Of a stretch of DNA of 64,000 nucleotides, positions 48,410 to 62,234 are shown one piece after another (position 1 is the stretch's first letter; every line of letters begins with the position of its first letter). The DNA is from Torpedo marmorata (taxonomy: Eukaryota): NCBI GenBank assembly GCA_977017645.1, contig OZ360223.1, forward strand, positions 67,084,001-67,148,000, read 5' to 3'. The notes under the pieces are model-generated. The model had not been told where the DNA came from. It was given only the letters and a program-made list of their open reading frames with translations, and did not search any database. Both the position numbers and the translations under genes were made by a program.

Positions 48410-49497
48410 AAAGTCCACCAGAAATTGGGTCCAAAGGGTCGCCATGTAAAAGTCACCAGACAATGGGGGCAAGGGCAAATCGAATGTGGCCCTCATCCTG
48501 ATGACCGCCTTCATGTGTGGCTGCATCAGGCTGCGCGTGGAACCAAAGTATGAGGGCACCAAGTGCCGCTATGGGCCTAGCCCCGTTGCCGCGCAATGGC
48601 CCTGTCAGCTGGACTTTGCCACACCACCCATCCTTCGTGGAAAAGGTTTTCCAGACAAACACCTTTGACCTCAAGGCCACTAGGCAGTAATCAGCATAGA
48701 TCATCCTGCAGACACTGAGAGATGAGGACTTGATGGACACGGTGGGATGGTTCCCTGAGCAGAGGGTCCAGTTCATCTGGTGGAATGCCTCATCACAAGT
48801 GCTTACGAACAAGCACCAGGATTTGGCCTGGCTGGCGGTGAGAGGAGCCCTCCCAGTCAGATCCTTCCTGTACAGCCAGAACATCACCCACAATGCATGC
48901 TGTCCCTGAGATGACTGCGGTGGAGAGGCGATAGTAGCCCACCTCTATGCAGAATGTAAATTCGCTAAGCATTTGTGGAGAAGGATCCAAGGGTCCTTGA
49001 CACGGTTCATCCCCAGCTGCAGGATGACAGAGGATTCTTCAATTTATGGGCTGTTCCCAGGGATGCACGTGGAGTCAGACGTCCAGAACTGCTGGAAGAT
49101 TCGGTGAAAGACGAATTTTCGTCTGCCTGAAATCTGTTGGTTTTTCAGTACATGGAGATGTTGGTGCGGGAATGCTGCCGCTGGGCACATTCCAGGCTTC
49201 AGGAGTACGTGTTGAGGGACGCACTGAGGTTTGATGTAGCCAATGCAAGGGCGCTGTGGGAAAGGACCACCGTCTAGAGTCCTTCCATTACCAGCCATTG
49301 AGGGGCTGAGACCGACGGGAAGCCCCTCAAACAACAGAGGGTGGGGGGGAGTAACGGCAAGGTACCACAGTGGTGGCGATGTTGTAAATAGAAATGCATG
49401 TAACAATGTACATTGATGGACATGTATGGATACGAAACTAAGGGGAGGAAGAGACTTTGAACAGTTTTCCTTTTGTAAATAATTTATTGTGAATAGT
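48410..49497 (+). mobile_element. Tx1-clade LINE 3' fragment (zf-RVT region)
   Basis: In-frame reading IWWNASSQVLTNKHQDLAWLAVRGALPVRSFLY...CP*DDCGGE..VAHLYAECKFAKHLW. Confidence 0.8.
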
Positions 49498-50054
49498 TAT
49501 CCTCTGGATAATGAACAGAGTGAGAACAGCATATTTGATTGCTGCAGGCAGCTTCACACCCTTCCCATCACCAGCTCACTATCTTTCTTAATAGCACATT
49601 ATATCTTGACCTCAGTGCAGTTTACTTGTGGCAGAGCTAATGCATCATCCATGGCTTCCTATTGGTAGTCATAACTCAGTCATCCTGTGTCATCTTGCTC
49701 TTGCTGTTATTTCATGCAGGTTACAAGGACAAAAGAAAGCCACTTGCTGACAAAATGTCTCTTCTCCAGTTATGGTTCATGGATTATGTCAGGAACCTAT
49801 TTACAGATCGAGATTGCTTCACACAGCACAGACTAATGTTGCACTCAAGCAACACCTTTGCTGCTTCTATCAGTTGGGAAGGGCACTGCAGTGGTGTGCT
49901 CCATGTATGGAGACAGCACTCCTTACTTTCACATGGACAATAAGAATGTTTGAAAGAGCAGTCAAACTGCAACTAAATGCATTAGCAACATTAACCCCCA
50001 AAGACCGCTGAGGGATACTCAGCATGGCTTTGTCTGTGAGAAATAGTCTCATAA

Positions 50055-50880
50055 ACTTGGAGAGGTGACCAAGAAGATTGACGAGGGCCGGGTGGTGGAC
50101 GCTGTCTACGTGGGCTCTAGCAAGGCCTTTGACAAGGTAGGCTGATCTGGAAGGAGGGATCACAATGGGCCCAGTGAGAGTTCGCCAAATGAATATAGAA
50201 TTGGCTTGATGGAGGCCTGTGATCAAAGATGTGCCACAGGGTCGGTGCTGGGTTCACTGTTACTTGTTGTCATCTAAGTCGTTAATGTAGACAATGTTTG
50301 TACGTTTGCAGATGACACCGGAATTGGTGGTATAGCAGACAGTGAAGGTGGTTATTCAAGATTACAACATGATCTAGACAAACTGGGAAAGTTGGCCAAG
50401 GAATGGCAAATGGAATTTAACTCAGACAAGTACAAGGTGTTACACTTTGGTGGTTAAACCTGGGTAAAACTCAAATGGTTAATGGTAGGCTCTGGTGAGT
50501 GTTGAAGAACAAAGAGTGTTGGTGCATGTACATAGTTCCATAAAAACGGTGACGCAGGTAGACGAGGTAGAGAAGGAGTTTGGCATGATTGCCTTCATTG
50601 GTCAGGGCACTGAGTACAGGAGGAGGGATGTCATGTTACAACTGTACAAGACATTGGTGAGACTACAATTGGAGCATTGTGCGCAGTTCCAGTTATCCCG
50701 ATATAGGAAAGATATCATTGAGCTGGAAAGGGTGCTGAAAAGATCCACAAGAATGTTGCTGGGACCGTAGACTGGAATTATAAAAAGAGGCTAGATAGGC
50801 TGGGAATTTTTTCCCTGGATCATGGGAGCTAAGGGGGGAACCTTATAGAGGCTTATAAAATTGTGAGGGACATAGGGAGA
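50055..50880 (+). mobile_element. Decayed CR1 RT fragment
   Basis: GTGCCACAGGGTCGGTGCTGGG; FADDT (TTTGCAGATGACACC); VMLQLYKTLVRLQLEHCAQF. Confidence 0.85.
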
Positions 50881-51061
50881 TAAATACCTAACATATTAGA
50901 TATGCCCCCTGCCAGTCTGTGAGCTAGTGCTTGTTATGGTCAGATCAGGAGAGCATGTAACTTTAAGAAAGCTGGTCTCGTCTCCCTGAAAAGGCAGAGA
51001 GGTTCTCAACATAGCTAGCAAATGGGTGTAGAGGAGAATTGAGATAGACAGACACAGAGAG

Positions 51062-51380
51062 CTAGCAGTGGTGCTGTCTTTCAGCTCCAGTGACGGAGGT
51101 TCAATCCTAATCTCTGGTGCTGTTTATTTGCACTTTCTCCCTGTGACCGTGTGGGCCTCCTCTGGGTACCACCGGCTTCCTCCCCTTTCTCAAAGACAAG
51201 CAGCTTGGTAGGTTCAATGGCCATTGCAAATAATGCCTCGTGTGCAAATCAGTCCTAGAATCGAGGTAGGTGGGGGGGGGGGGGCAACAGTTGTTGTGAA
51301 CATGGGAAAAGTGCAAACGAATGTTGACGGTCAGGGTACATGCAGTGCATTGAAAACCTGGTTTCAGTGCTGTACAATTC
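51062..51380 (+). mobile_element. Older V-SINE
   Basis: GGTTCAATCC B-box; TTCTCCCTGTGACCGTGTGGG...GGCTTCCTCCC. Confidence 0.7.
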
Positions 51381-53464
51381 TACCATCCATAGCAGTTGCA
51401 AGAGTCCTTCCCCATCATGCTCAGCACATCTCAATAGGGAGCATTGCTGGGATCCTTCTCCTTGCGTCCCATGTAGCCTGAAAGCAAGGTGTGTGGGCAA
51501 CTGCCTGGTAATCAGCGCTGAGAATGTATCAGTGTGGCCGAATGATGAAGAATCGGCGTAGGAGACCTGTGGGGTGTGTAAATGAGGATTGCGTTCGAGA
51601 AGAGAGTTGGAGGTGCAGCTCGAGAACAGTGAAGTGTAGTGTGGAAGATGGAGAGGAATGGAGGGTTGCAACTGTGAATGAAAGGTAAAGGTTTGCATGT
51701 TTCCCCACCACTCTTCCAATTAACTTATTGTGACAGGACTTGAACCTTACATTGACCTGGGCTGCCAACATCACATTGTTATTTTAAAAACGTTAACATT
51801 GTGATGGTGAAGGTGAGCTAAATATTATTCATTAAATACATAAAATTTTGAGCAAAACTAAAACATACTGATTTTCAAAATCTCTGTGAAAGCACTGAAC
51901 TCTTCATCACATTAAATTTCACTGATTAGGATTTAAAAGGCAGAAAAATATTTCATACCAGACAAAAATGTTGACCAATTAGTACAATATCCCTTCATGT
52001 TGTTGCTGTCATACGTTATTACATTCATTGAGAATTTGTGAGATGGGCAAGTTACATGAAAAGAAATGCTCTCTGGATGTTTGCTGATTACAGCATTTGG
52101 ATGGCCTGATAAATGACCAGCTTCTCCTTAAGCTGAGCTGAGACTGCAAGGAATTTGACATTATGAACTGTCCTGGTAGTGAACCATGAAGCCTCTCAGC
52201 ATTTTAATTGTAACTCCGTGTTTGACTACATCAAATGCCTATTCAGGCCTGTAACAAGCAATGTCTAAGTGAATGCGGCTAACAAAAATGTCACTGGATC
52301 AAAATAAAAAATCCATCAGAAGTCACAGACAATAGAAGCAGTGAGATAAAAAAAAAAAACGATAGTCATTTTTTCAGCAGGTTTCAAGTGCACATTTTTC
52401 ACTTCAAGCCTAAATATGTCAGCTAAATCATAAAAATGGCTGGTTAAAAAGGAAACTAGTTGTACTTAAAGTGTTGGAACATTCATTCACATTTGGCTTC
52501 TTGCAGAGAACAAAATTACCTGAATTTTATATTAATGTTACACACTTTCCTCCCCTGGAGGCATCCAATACTGAATGGGTTACAGTCCTTGGGTTGCAGT
52601 GTCCTCTCTTGGACCTTATCCAAAGCAGCTATTCCTCATGTGTGAGCCTGAAGGGTGAGCAGCAGCAGACAATTAAACTGATGAGGGCATCACAGGCTTT
52701 CACAGCTGAGCCTGATGCTGCCTTACAACCTCATACACGCACACACTTTGCCTGCCCTTGGTTGTAGGTGTAGACATGGAACACCGCAGCACAACTAAAC
52801 GTGACAGGAGCAATAAAAAGGTACACTTTTACTGGTTGCACTCCTGTTTTGTTCTCCTGACAGAATCCTGTTGCTCTATTAGAGAAAGTAGGATAGTGGA
52901 CAGCAATAATACAAGTTTAGGTAAGGAGAGATTTCTGCATATTATTAAATACGGTACCCAAGTGGAAGCAATTTACCATGACCAAGTTAACCCCAGAGGA
53001 GAAACAGGCGCAGGGAAGAGACAAGTATTCAACAATACTTCATTAGAGAAATGATTTGTTTGCAGCAAAAAGGACTGCAGAAGCAAATGTAAGTCCCCCA
53101 TTAACATCGGCCGTGTGTTCTAATGTTAAACGTCTCTTGCCCTTTCATCTCTGGAATAAATTGGTCACTAAATTTGCAATCTGGCAACTAATGCAACTTT
53201 CTCCTTGATCACTGCAAAATTCCAACTGAAACAAAGTGCTTTTAAATAGCATCATTAATGTTTATTTGACAGCATAAAATAGAAGGGAAATCAAATGGGC
53301 AAAATTATGTTCTGAGAGACTGCAAGGCATAATGAATTGTGCAGAGTAAAAAAAATTTTGTTGTCACTTAACATCAACCCAAGAATAAATGAACGATTGA
53401 GGTGTGAACCTTTAAAAAAGGCAAAGCCTCACGAACAATTTCTGAATGACAAACGATGAGGAAA

Positions 53465-53665
53465 GTACTTGGATTTATGTAGCATCTTAACACATCCTCA
53501 AGATGTCACAAAGCACTTTATAATAAATGGATTACTTTTTAAGCATAGCAAAATAGACATCCAACTTGACATTGCAAGGGCTCTCGGAGAGCAAACGAAG
53601 GAATGGATAATCTTTATCCCTGGTGTCAATAGAAGGAGCAGTGTGGCTTGGACACGTGGGGAACC
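53465..53665 (-). mobile_element. Deu-domain SINE remnant
   Basis: ATTTATGTAGCATC...GATGTCACAAAGCACTTTA...TACTTTT, similar to 31490-31835. Confidence 0.5.
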
Positions 53666-53671
53666 TTGAAT

Positions 53672-54246
53672 AATCTCATGTACTGCCAAACTGAAACCAC
53701 CCGCACAATCCAATTCAGTTCCCCGCCCCATACCCATGCCGACATGTCTGTCCATGGTCTCATGCACTGCCAGACTGAGACCACTTGCAAATTGGAGAAA
53801 CAACACCTCATATTATGTCTGGCCACCCTTCAACCAGATGGCAATAATATTGAATTCTCTGTTATCCATTCAGCCTCCCACCGCGTCTCTCTTTCCTTAT
53901 CCCTTTGTCTCCATTCCTCCAGCTCCCCATCCTCTGTATCTCTCTTTCCCTATCCCTCTGTCTCCTTTTCTCCAGCTCTGCATTCACAGAGCTACCTCCT
54001 TCTCCCCAATCAATTTGCAGCTTGTCTCTCCTGCCCTCTTATCCATGTCCACCTACTTGGCTGTTGGCCTGCGCTCCTCCCCCTGCACCTTCTTCCCTCC
54101 TCCCCCCATCTTTTTATTCAGGCGCCTGCCTGCTTTTTGCTCATGGCTTGACGAAGGGCTCAGGCCTGAAACGTTGGTTATACAGTATATCTTTGCCTCC
54201 TATGGACGTTGTGGGACCTGCTGAGTTTCTCCAGCACTTTTGTGCA
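53672..54246 (+). mobile_element. Penelope-like element 3' fragment (GIY-YIG C-terminus, pyrimidine tract, hammerhead tail)
   Basis: FSSPPHTHADMSVHGLMHCQTETTCKLEKQHLILCLATLQPDGNNIEFS; TTGACGA-A-GGGCTCAGGCCT-GAAACGTT at ~54148-54175. Confidence 0.85.
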
Positions 54247-54933
54247 ATAACTCTGAATAATCAAATCTGTCTGTGGTGTTGAGGCAGGCAGGCAAAAGGT
54301 TCAACTTCAAAACCCAGCCCCTTAGATTTCAGAGTACTTCATGTTTCCTAACATACGTCTATGTGTAGGATGAAAGAATTTAAGACAAAGCAAGAAGATT
54401 CAGCCCATCATGCCCAGGCTATTCAATGTCTGAACCATCACCAAACACAGTTTTAACCACCAGCAGTTACATTACACCTTTAATGTAGAGAGAGATCTCA
54501 AGGAGTTTCACAGACATAATTAAAAATAACGAGGCTCAGTTTTCTTAATCAGATGGGAAATTGCAACTGTTCGAACCAAAGTAACTTCTGTATTCATTTC
54601 AGAATGCTTTTGGAGTAATTAATATTTTAATTTTTTTTAAAAAGAGACAATATTGACCTGGTTTCATATGCTTTCATGAATACACGTCAAGTAGAATAGA
54701 TGTCACAGAGGAATCTCCCTGACTACCCAACCATGTTGCCTGACTGTCTCTGATTCCCTAATAAATGGGACAAAGACCAGATCTGGGGGAGGGGTCACAT
54801 GAGGCAGCAACAAGGAAAGACATGTAAATGTGAGCTCCCTAGAGTGTGTCAATAGTTATCATTTATTTTGCTATGTTATTGTTAAAACTGCATTCTTAAA
54901 AATTTCAAAACAAATCTCATCTGCTACTCGTGC

Positions 54934-55801
54934 ATGTCACGATATAATCTTAGAAGCAAGAATGACATTTTACCACTAACTGAAGAAACAACCAGAGCTT
55001 CGTATTTTGCAGAGATGGCGACCGGCTCTGGAAAAGGAGGAAAGCTTTCCCTCGAGACAGTCATGATGGCCATTCGGGAAAGAAAGGAAGAAATATCAAC
55101 ACGAAGCGACACTAAAACAACTGACATCCAGTCCTCGTTAATTAAAATAGAATCTGCATTATCAACACTAGCTGACCAAGTTAAGGAAATCGAAGGGTGC
55201 ATATCGGCTAATGAAGACAACATAATAGAAGTCACCATGCACGTCGAGGAATTAGAGAAAGAGGTGCAGTTGTTGAAAGACAAGGTGGACGACTTGGAAA
55301 ACAGGAGCAGGCAAAACAATATTTGGATACTTAATCTCCCTGAGAAAGATGAAGGTCGCGATGCAGCTGGATTTTTGGAACAAATCCTATCAGAAATCTT
55401 TGGCATCGAAAACTTTCCTGCTCCCATTACCTGCGAGAGAACCCACCGCTTGGGAAAACCCCCCCACCGGTGGTGATGACTCACGGAGACCGAGACCTAT
55501 AATCGCGAAGCTCCTCAACTTTAAGAACAAGGAGAAGATTATGCGCCTGGCCAGGCAAAAAGGAGAGATTCACTATGAAAATAACAGGATTTACATATTT
55601 CCCGACTGTTGCCCGAGATTGCAACACCTTAAGGACACCTTTAAGGAGGTTAAGGTTAAGAAGAGACTACGGGAGAGGGGCATCAACTATTCCCTGCACT
55701 ATCCAGCTAAACTTCGGATTATGCATAAGGGAGTCACCAAGTGGTTTGTTACTCCTGCTGCAGTGGTGGAGTTTTTGAAATCTATCGACAATAATTACTG
55801 A
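54934..55801 (+). pseudogene. L1 ORF1p (coiled coil, RRM, CTD), frameshifted near 55460
   Basis: KVDDLENRSRQNNI.I.NLPE; ERTHR; PRPIIAKL; IYIFPD; YPAKLRI. Confidence 0.92.
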
Positions 55802-56385
55802 TAGTCTTCTTGCTCCGTGCACAACGGACGGGTCATTGTGATGCTTATGCACTCTATACATTGGGTGACATTTACTTAAGTGATCATTGGATGGACCGCT
55901 GTGATCCTGATATGAGGACACGAGTAAGTTTCACAACATGGATTCTTTCCCACCTGGCTATTATGGAAAATACATCTCCTTAATTTTTGACACAACACTT
56001 TGTCTCACACTAGTGCTTTAAGATATGTTTGATTTGTGATGTTTCTTTTACTAAACATTTGCATATGTTATAATCTAAGTTATTTTCATGTTGCTTTACC
56101 AGGTTTTATGTACATGCTCCTAGGCTTTGATTGTACTCGTTTAGAGGCTGTAGAATCCAGAATTCTTAATTAATGTGGTTTAATGCTCATTACATTTTTT
56201 TGTAACTGTTGAGAACTCTTGTATATTTAGAGAGAGTAGCCTACCCCCTGGGGATGTTTAGTTTAGGGGTCGTTAACGGGTGGGTCTCATACGGGGATAT
56301 GGTATGGTTCTGTTTTTTTAATTACTCTCACTTTTATAGTTCTCGCTCTTTATGCTCTGAGGTATCTATTTTGTTTCTTTAGGGT

Positions 56386-59300
56386 ATGACTAGTCAACTT
56401 AAAATAATCTCCTTGAATGTAAGGGGGATTAATTCTCCAATTCAGAGGGAAAAAATTCTTACATATTTAAAGAGACATTCCACTGATATAGCGTTTATTC
56501 AAGAGACTCACCTCTCTAACACAGAACATATAAAGTTAAAAAGGGATTGGGTTGGACATGTTTACTATTCTTCATTTACCACAAAACCAAGGGGAGTAGC
56601 CATACTCGTTAATAAAAACGTGAGGTTTAAACTAATATCAACAGAAAAAGACAAAGAAAGGCAGACTTCTTTTAGTTAATTGTGAACTGAATATAAACAG
56701 GGTCACACTGATTAATGTATATGGCCCCAACCACGACGATCCCGCTTTTTTTAATGATTTGGTATTAAAACTTACGACAGCTGTGGACGACGTCTGGTTA
56801 GTGGTGACTTCAATTTGGTTCTAGACCCAGCAATGGATCGATCCACACCATGATCTTTTAATCGTTCAAGGGCAGCGTCGGTTCTGGATCAGGGTATGAG
56901 GGATTTGGGGTTATGTGATATTTGGCGTCAACTTAATCCAAATGTAAAGGACTTTTCCTTCTTTTCAAATGTCCATGGCTCCTATTCTAGAATTGACATG
57001 TTTTTAATATCCCAAAGTATGGTATCCAGGGTTACTAAATGCTCCTATTACTGGCTATACTTTCTGACCATAATCCAATAAAGATGACTTGGAGGATGGA
57101 TATTACACAATCATCATCTTATAGTTGGAGATTTAAACATATAAGCTTAATGATCCCGAATTTCTCAGATTTATGAACGGCCACATTGATTTATTTATGG
57201 AAACCAATTCAAATTCTTCTTCCCACGCTAACATATGGGAGGCTTTAAAAGCATATATGAGAGGACAAGTCCTTTCATAGAGCACGCATAAGATAAGAGT
57301 AAAAAGGAAAACTCTTGTATCTGTTGAGGAAGAGATTCGAAATCTTGAACGTGAACATGCTTTTACTAAAAGTGAAGAAGTACTTAATACATTGGCTTTA
57401 AAACGGATCCAATATAATAATTTATGTACAAGTAAAGCTGAGGCAGATATGTCCAGGACTAACTATCACTATTACGAATTCGGAAACAAAACTAGTAAGT
57501 TATTAGCCTGGCAAATAAAAAAGGAAGAGACCGATAGATTTATCCAATCTATTGTTATGGATGATGGCAGATCCCTCATTAATTCTCAGGACATAAATCA
57601 AGAATTTAGAAAGTTTTATGAAACACTATATAAGACAGATCATGATATAGAAAATACCAAAGCAACACGTTTCTTGAACTCATTAAATCTGCCTAAGGTA
57701 GATCCTAAGGACAAAGATCATCTTGACACTGATATATCTGAAGAAGAGGTTCTTGGCGCTATGAAGTCTCTACAGAACAATAAAGCTCTGGGGCCAGATG
57801 GCTTTCCAATTGAATACTTTAAAGCCTTTTCAGATAAGTTTTTAACCCCTTTAACAAATATGTTTAAGGAAGCACTGACTAATAAAACTCTGCCTAGTTG
57901 TCAGAAATTCGCTGCAATAACATTACTACCAAAACCTGAGAAGGATTGTCAAAAATGTACTTCTTATCGGTCTCTTAGTCTTTTGAATTCAGATTACAAA
58001 ATTTTATCAAAATTAATTGCATTAAGAATAGATGACATTATCCCTAAAATTATTAATGCTGATCAGACAGGCTTTGTCAGAAACTGATATGGATCTGACA
58101 ATGTACGGAGACTTTTTCATGTAATGGAAGCGGCTCATATGCAAAATGATCCCATGTTGATAATGTCGATGGATGCGGAGAAGGCGTTCAACAGGATTGA
58201 ACCTAGTTTCTTTTTGCAAACTCTTAAAGCAATGAATTTTGGAGAGAGATTTATTCAATACATTGAAACATTTTTTGCTGGTCCTAAAGCTCAAATTCTA
58301 ACTAATGGAGTCCTGTCGGGTGCCTTCCCGCTATCCAGAGGCGTCCGCCAAGGTTGCCCAAGTGCTCCGCTGCTGTTCTCAATAGCTATTGAACCATTGG
58401 CTATTGCTATTCGTTCTAATCCCACCATTACTGGCATTAAATTTGGCTCAAATGAACACAAACTAGCCCTTTATGCTGACAATGTTTCCAACAATACAGT
58501 GCTGCTTCTGGATATAAATTAAACCTTTTAAAAAGTGAAGTCATGCCTTTTAATATATACAATAATGACATCAAGAACCTAGTCAAACCCTTGCAATGGT
58601 GCCCGAATGGATTTAAATATTTAGGCATAGAAATTAGGAGATCTGCAGACAAAATCCTTAAAGATAATTACATCAAATTATTGAATCGGGTTAAATTAGA
58701 TCTACAGAAATGGAGGGAACTGCCATTATCTTTAATTGGAAGAATGAACTTAATTAAAATGAATATTCTCCCCAAATTTCTATATTTATTCCAATGTGTC
58801 CCATTTAAAATTCCCAAAAGTCTATTTAATGAATTAAACAAATCAATGTCCAGCTTCTTATGGAAAGGTAAAGTCCCTAGAATCAAACTCTCAAGTCTTT
58901 AGGCCCCGTATTCTAAGGGAGGATTAAATCTTCCTAATGTTAAATGTTTCTACCTTGCAGCTCAATTCCATCCAATATGGTGTTGGTTGCACTCTGAGGA
59001 CAATGAGGCTAGATGGCTTCCTATTGAACAACATCAATTAAAGAATGTTCCCTTAAAAGTTCTTCCTTTTTTAACATCTAAGAAAGCACTCTTAAATATT
59101 ACTAAGAACCCTATAATTCTAAATTATTTTGCAGTATGGCAAGAAGCTCACGCAGTTATTGGAATAAATACCTCATTATTTCAGAAAACTCCTCTGTGGA
59201 ATAACCCCAATATCCCCCACCTGATTGCAGATGGAATTTTTAAAAATTGGGTTAATAGTGGTATAAAAACAGTTGAAGATTTATATAGCCAAGATAACTT

Positions 59301-60124
59301 CGCCAATTTTCAACAATTGTCTAGTAAATTCAATCTACCAAATCATAATTTATTCAAATATTTTCAGATTAGACACTGTGTCCATAACAGTTATACAGAC
59401 TATCCTCAAATTCCAACAGAATCCCAGTTTGAAAAGCACTTGCTTAGTGAATCCCTGTACACTACAAAGGGTCTGACATCGATTATTTATATTATTTTAA
59501 ACAGTAGCTTGCCAATCTATACTAAGAGTGATATTAAAAATAAATGGGAATCAGATCTTGAATGCAATTACGATGATGCTGATTGGTGTAATATTCTTCA
59601 AATGTCTCAAACTGTATTAATCTCAACTAAACATAGACAAATACAATTTAATATCTTTAATAGGACCTACTACACTCCACATAGACGGCACAAAATATAC
59701 CATAACCCCTCTCCCAATTGTCAGAGATGTAAAACATGTGACGGAGATTTACTTCATATGCTTTGGAATTGCTCTTATCTGGAAGACTTTTGGAAATACA
59801 TTGTTAGAATAATCTCAGATATTATAAAAACTGAAATTTCATTTGACCCTAGGGTCTGGATTTTGGGAGATCTACAAGGTCTTAATGTGAATCACAAAAA
59901 AAAACAACTTTATATTACTTGCGGCCACAGCTGGGAAAAAGTGTATCCTACAAAACTGGAAATCTGAATTTCCTCCTTCACAGAGGCAATGGTTAAATGA
60001 GTTAACATCCTATAGTACACCTAAAAAGATCTTGTATAGTGTGAGGAGGAAACTAGCAACATATGAAAAAATATGGGGCTCTTTTTTGGCCTTATTTCCA
60101 TCATTACACCTCCTCGGCTACTGA
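56386..60124 (+). pseudogene. L1 ORF2p (APE endonuclease, RT, CCHC), multiple stops and frameshifts
   Basis: IISLNVRGINSP...IQETHL; GPDGF; DAEKAF; RGVRQGCPSAPLLF; LYADN; CQRC...HMLWNC. Confidence 0.95.
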
Positions 60125-61679
60125 ATTAGTTCGGATACCTGTCCTCCCGTACTACATTTTACGCTGGTTCAAATAGTACAAAGGCAAATTCAAACTAGGT
60201 TGTTTATATCAGGCATGCGGAGGGAGGCCTTGGCTTGGAGGCTGTTGCTGTGGAGATGTGCTCATGGAATTCGTAAACAATATTCGCCAGCTGGTTTCTT
60301 GCAAAAATGTTTGCAAGTCATTTTAACCCTTACACCTACTATCTGCTTAATGTAGTAATATATACCTTATTAATATACATTAGGACCTCATACCTTACTT
60401 GGTCGATTTCAATTGTGAACGTGGGAGAAATTTCTACCATACCAGGGTGGGGGGTGGGAGGGAGCACTTTGTTTGTTTGTTTGTTTGCTTGTTTTTTGTT
60501 TTGTTTTTTTTTCTTCTGTGAATCTGTTTATAAAAATATGGCTATTTTGCTTCAATAAAAACATCTTTTAAAAAAAAGACTAGATCTGGGGAACAACCAT
60601 CATATTAAATCACTTTCTATTACAACATGATTGCTGTTGATTGTTCTGGGAACATCCTTTAACTGCACCACATACTATTTATGCTTCAACTTCTACCCTG
60701 CTGAAGCATTACATTTCTGTTGTAGTTCTGAGGATGAGAAAATCTGCATATAATTGTTTCATGTTTATCATTTACAAGAGTTATAACATTTATCAAACAA
60801 TTTATTTTCATTCTCTTGTGGTTTCCTGTTTATGATGGCAGGAAGTTCATTTTTCTTCCATGTGGTCATATTTATCAAGCAAGGGAATTGTGTGCTCAAT
60901 TACACCTGTGTTCAGTTATCATAACGGGAATTACAAATCTGTATGTGAAATTGTTGTGCTTTAATTGTGTGTGCATAGTAATTGTATCTGCTATTAAAAT
61001 GTGTTGATTAGTCCTGCCATGAATATGGAGAGTTGAAATTCAGTGATCCAAACTGGCCTCACTAACTTTGACATCTCTGTTGGTATGTTCTGGGAGTGAG
61101 GGGGGAAAAGAGCAGAGAGGCAGTGTAAGAAACCCAAGCTAACAACTGCCCCCACCCAAAAGGCTCCAGAAACAAAACTTCAAATGTTTGCTTGTCTTTC
61201 TGCAATACCTTTGTTGGATTACACTGAAAAGCCAGATCCCTGTCAACTTGCTCACTTTTCCGTAAAAGAATACCATCAATAGACAAATGGATATACCCTG
61301 TGTGTTGATCAGGAAAATTAATCTGCCCATTTGAATTGCCTCTCACATCAACTTTAGCTTTTCATTCTAATTTCTGTAAAACAATATTTCTTGCAGCTGA
61401 AAATAAGGCCTCTTTAATTTATAAATTTAAACACATGCCTATTCCAGTTTGTCACATTTGATAATTTCAAGTCACTTTCAAAACCCCTCTCACCATTTTT
61501 CCACAAGGCCACTGTTCAAATATCCAGTTTATGTTTTAGTTGACAATCTTAATTGAATGAAGTAAATTTTAAATTGTGGTTGCAATTTAATTGGATGTAT
61601 ATACATACTTTACCACATGGTGGCGGTCTAATCATGGTTTTTAATGTTGGCTGCACTCGTCAATGTGAATGCAAGTATA

Positions 61680-61933
61680 AGACGAAAATCTGTAGACACC
61701 GTGGTTGAAGTAAAAAACACAAATGCTGGAGAAACTCAGCAGGTCAAACAGTGTCTTTTATGTAGCAAAGGTAGAAATACATAACCGACGTTTCGGGCTT
61801 GAGCCCTTCATCAAAGTGGAGGGCTCAAGCCCGAAAGGGCTCAAGCCCAAAACGCCGGTTATGTATTTCTACCTTTGCTACATAAAAGACACTGTTTGAC
61901 CTGCTGAGTTTCTCCAACATTTGTGTTTTTTAC
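61680..61933. mobile_element. Head-to-head palindromic Penelope-tail insertion with hammerhead motifs
   Basis: Inverted arms of ~98 bp (61709-61807 and 61836-61934); 14-bp TSD TGAATGCAAGTATA at 61666-61679 and 61934-61947. Confidence 0.9.
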
Positions 61934-62234
61934 TGAATGCAAGTATACCAAGGGTGCAACAAATTCTGTTCATTGTGAACTTTGTGTACTGTGTTCTGGA
62001 GGAGACACTAAATATAATTATTTAACAAGTAGTGAAACAGGCCCTAATGTTTGTTAGAAGAAGCACTGATACTGCCAAATGCATGTGTTCAGTAAATTGG
62101 TTCTGTCGCAAGTTAATACTTGTTCAGGGGGTTCTGTAATGTATATTTGTGATAGCCATCACTATGGTTTGGTCTGGAAGATGAAAGGCTAAACTTTTAC
62201 CTGACAATACAAAGCCTCCCATATTTCCAGATCC

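Larger units (their letters stand above)
54789..60574 (+). mobile_element. Full-length decayed L1 LINE (~5.8 kb)
   Basis: ORF1, spacer, ORF2, 3' UTR, AATAAA at 60554 and an A tail. 17-bp TSD AAAGAC(C/T)AGATCTGGGG at 54772-54788 and 60575-60591. Confidence 0.95.

Noticed and set aside
51380-51720. Purine-rich, mildly CpG-rich stretch with minus-strand ORFs
   Set aside because: No recognisable motifs in any frame; left unassigned.
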